64,000 bases of DNA, taken from the NCBI GenBank assembly GCA_963728405.1, contig CAVSJV010000003.1:160001-224000 (forward strand), read 5' to 3'. Below are positions 62,194 to 64,000 of this stretch, in pieces; the stretch's first letter is position 1, and every line of letters starts with the position of its first letter. The notes beneath the pieces were generated by a model that saw nothing but the letters and a program-made list of their open reading frames with translations, was not told the origin of the DNA and did no database searches. The position numbers were made by a program, and so were the translations under genes. This DNA is from Methanomassiliicoccaceae archaeon. GTDB taxonomy: Archaea > Thermoplasmatota > Thermoplasmata > Methanomassiliicoccales > Methanomassiliicoccaceae.

Positions 62194-63411
62194 ACTCCGG
62201 GCGATAGGAAGCCCACCATTAAAATCGTGGGAGGAATCGTGCCAAATCCTATTACGTATTGAAGCATATCATCCCTCCGTGCTCCTGACTCACAAGGTCA
62301 AACTGCTCCCTACCGAGGAGCAGGGGGCCGCTCTGCTGGAGACCATGGAACGGTTCAACGAGGCTTGTGACTTCGTTGCTGTCGCTGCATTCCGTATCCA
62401 GTCTGCCAATAAGATGCGCCTCCAGAAAGAGGTCTACTATGAGCTGAGGGAGCGCTATGAGCTCCCTGCTCAACTGGCCATCCGCGCTATAGCCAAGGTC
62501 TGCGAGGCGTACAAGCACGACAAAACCATCCGGCCTAGCTTCGACAAGCATGGTGCGGTGGTCTACGACCAGCGCATCCTGTCTTGGAAAGGTCCAGATC
62601 GTGCATCCTTGGTGACTGTTTACGGAAGAACGATCATGCCCTTCCTCTCTTGCGATTATTACGAATCGAGGAAAGACATCGTTCGCTGCCAGGCAGACCT
62701 TATCTTGCAGAACGGTGTTTTTTACTTGTGCGTCATCGTCGAAGTTCCCGAGGCCGATGAGATTAAGCCACTTGATGCTCTCGGTGTCGATCTCGGCATT
62801 GTCAACATCGCGGTCGATTCCGACGGTGAGGTTCATTCCGGTGAAGCCATCTGTAAAACTAGAAAACGCAATGCCAAGCTGTGCTCCACTCTGCAATCCT
62901 GTGGTTCGAGGTCTGCTAAAAAGCATCTCAAGAAGCTTTCCGGTAAAGAAAAGAAGTATCAAAGGGACATTAACCACTGCATCTCCAAGCGTATCGTCGC
63001 GAAGGCCAAAGACACGAAGAGAGCGGTCGTCCTCGAAGATTTGGGGGGCATCCGTTCTCGGACTGCGGTTTCTAAGGCACAGCGTCGCGACCTCCACGCT
63101 TGGGGATTCCACCAACTCCGCTCTTTTGTTGAGTACAAGGCGAAAATTGCTGGAATCCCAATAGTTTTCGTCGACCCAAGAAACACCTCGCGAACTTGCC
63201 CAGTCTGCGGGTGCGTTGACCGGAAGAACAGAAAGACCAGAGATAATTTCGAGTGTGTTCGGTGCGGGTTCGCTGGTCTGGCCGACCACATAGCAGCTAT
63301 TAACATAGCTGCCGGGGGTCGAGTCAACGACCCTATCGTGACGGGGGATTTTTTGAGCCATGTTGGTCCACCTCAGTCGCAAGCCCACAGAGTCATTCAT
63401 GGGTAGTTGAC
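62194..63411 (+). mobile_element. Complete tnpB-only IS200/IS605 element
   Basis: TCAC|ACTCCGGGCGATAG-GAAG-CCCAC/GTGGG left end; CAAG-CCCA/TGGG-TAGT-TGAC right end. Confidence 0.88.
62279..63406 (+). CDS. tnpB: RNA-guided endonuclease TnpB, 375 aa, catalytic triad intact
   Basis: LGVDLG, VVLEDL, CPVCG/CVRCG zinc finger, ADHIAAINI. Confidence 0.93.
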   Translation: MLLTHKVKLLPTEEQGAALLETMERFNEACDFVAVAAFRIQSANKMRLQKEVYYELRERYELPAQLAIRAIAKVCEAYKHDKTIRPSFDKHGAVVYDQRILSWKGPDRASLVTVYGRTIMPFLSCDYYESRKDIVRCQADLILQNGVFYLCVIVEVPEADEIKPLDALGVDLGIVNIAVDSDGEVHSGEAICKTRKRNAKLCSTLQSCGSRSAKKHLKKLSGKEKKYQRDINHCISKRIVAKAKDTKRAVVLEDLGGIRSRTAVSKAQRRDLHAWGFHQLRSFVEYKAKIAGIPIVFVDPRNTSRTCPVCGCVDRKNRKTRDNFECVRCGFAGLADHIAAINIAAGGRVNDPIVTGDFLSHVGPPQSQAHRVIHG

Positions 63412-63412
63412 C

Positions 63413-64000
63413 TCACAGATCGTTTCCTGAATAGGACAGGTTGAAGCTCTTGTTGATCAGCGGGAAGTCCGGGACGATGTTGCCCAGGACGGCCTGCTCC
63501 ATCGACAGCCAGTTGCTGAAGGAAGCGTCCCGGATCTTATGCCGGAAGGGCATCCCTTTGCCGGCCATGATCCAGTGGACCAGCTCCCCCCGCGGCGATT
63601 CCACCAAAGAGAATGCGGTGCCGCCAGCGGGGATGTTTCCGACCTTGGTACGATACGGCCCGGTGGGCATGCCGTCCAAGGCCTGCTCGATGATGGAGAA
63701 CGATTCGCGGACCTCATCCATCTTGATCCTCATGCGCGCGTTAACGTCCCCCGCGGTCTGCTTGGGCACCAGGAAGTTCAGTCGTCCGTAAGCGGCGTAA
63801 GGATGATCTCTCCGCACGTCCCGATCGATGCCGCTGGCCCTGGCCACTGGACCGACCACGTTGAACTCCCGCGCCAGCTCCTTGCTCAGGACCCCGGTGG
63901 TCTCCACCCGATCCAGCATGGATGGTGACGATAGCATGAGGTCCACCAGATCCTCGAACTCCAGCTTCAGCTTGACCAGCGCGGCCAGGATCTTGACCTT
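63413..64000 (-). CDS. Ehr/Hyf-type large subunit lacking C-terminal Ni-binding cysteines (partial)
   Basis: GPVARASG, GDVNAR, VESPRGE, ends NKSFNLSYSGNDL instead of DPCxxC. Confidence 0.88.
   Translation of the reverse strand, partial: KVKILAALVKLKLEFEDLVDLMLSSPSMLDRVETTGVLSKELAREFNVVGPVARASGIDRDVRRDHPYAAYGRLNFLVPKQTAGDVNARMRIKMDEVRESFSIIEQALDGMPTGPYRTKVGNIPAGGTAFSLVESPRGELVHWIMAGKGMPFRHKIRDASFSNWLSMEQAVLGNIVPDFPLINKSFNLSYSGNDL

Noticed and set aside
1-64000. Pyrrolysine (TAG) or selenocysteine readthrough
   Set aside because: The TAG and TGA stops I checked fall at expected protein ends; the apparent splits are frame changes, not in-frame stops
1-64000. CRISPR array, or a Cas12f assignment for the TnpB genes
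   Set aside because: No regularly spaced repeats seen; both tnpB genes sit next to IS605-type end hairpins

Overview
Archaeal chromosomal window, GC-rich, most consistent with a Methanomassiliicoccales-like (Thermoplasmatota) genome. Evidence: BHB-intron tRNAs, aTrm56 next to an HD gene, Elp3, PRC-barrel cell-division proteins, an Ech hydrogenase operon and an Ehr-type complex. The left part (1-18 kb) is mostly housekeeping and the middle (18-54 kb) is accessory: redox and stress genes, two-component systems, menA-menG, MscS channels, a NYN-LOTUS nuclease, an orphan DNA methyltransferase. The right end holds the ech operon, two Usp genes and the 3' part of an ehr operon. About 20 genes carry single-base frameshifts, probably long-read indel errors. 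The most notable unannotated structure is a graded series of six IS200/IS605 (TnpB) elements: two tnpB-carrying copies and four miniature derivatives of about 46, 120, 260 and 330 bp. One miniature keeps an omegaRNA-like scaffold without its protein; the 46-bp one silently replaces a host stop codon. Other highlights are a circularly permuted SsuA-type substrate-binding protein and a coil-less DndD/Rad50-like ATPase head. All family calls are from motif recognition by eye; no database searches were run.
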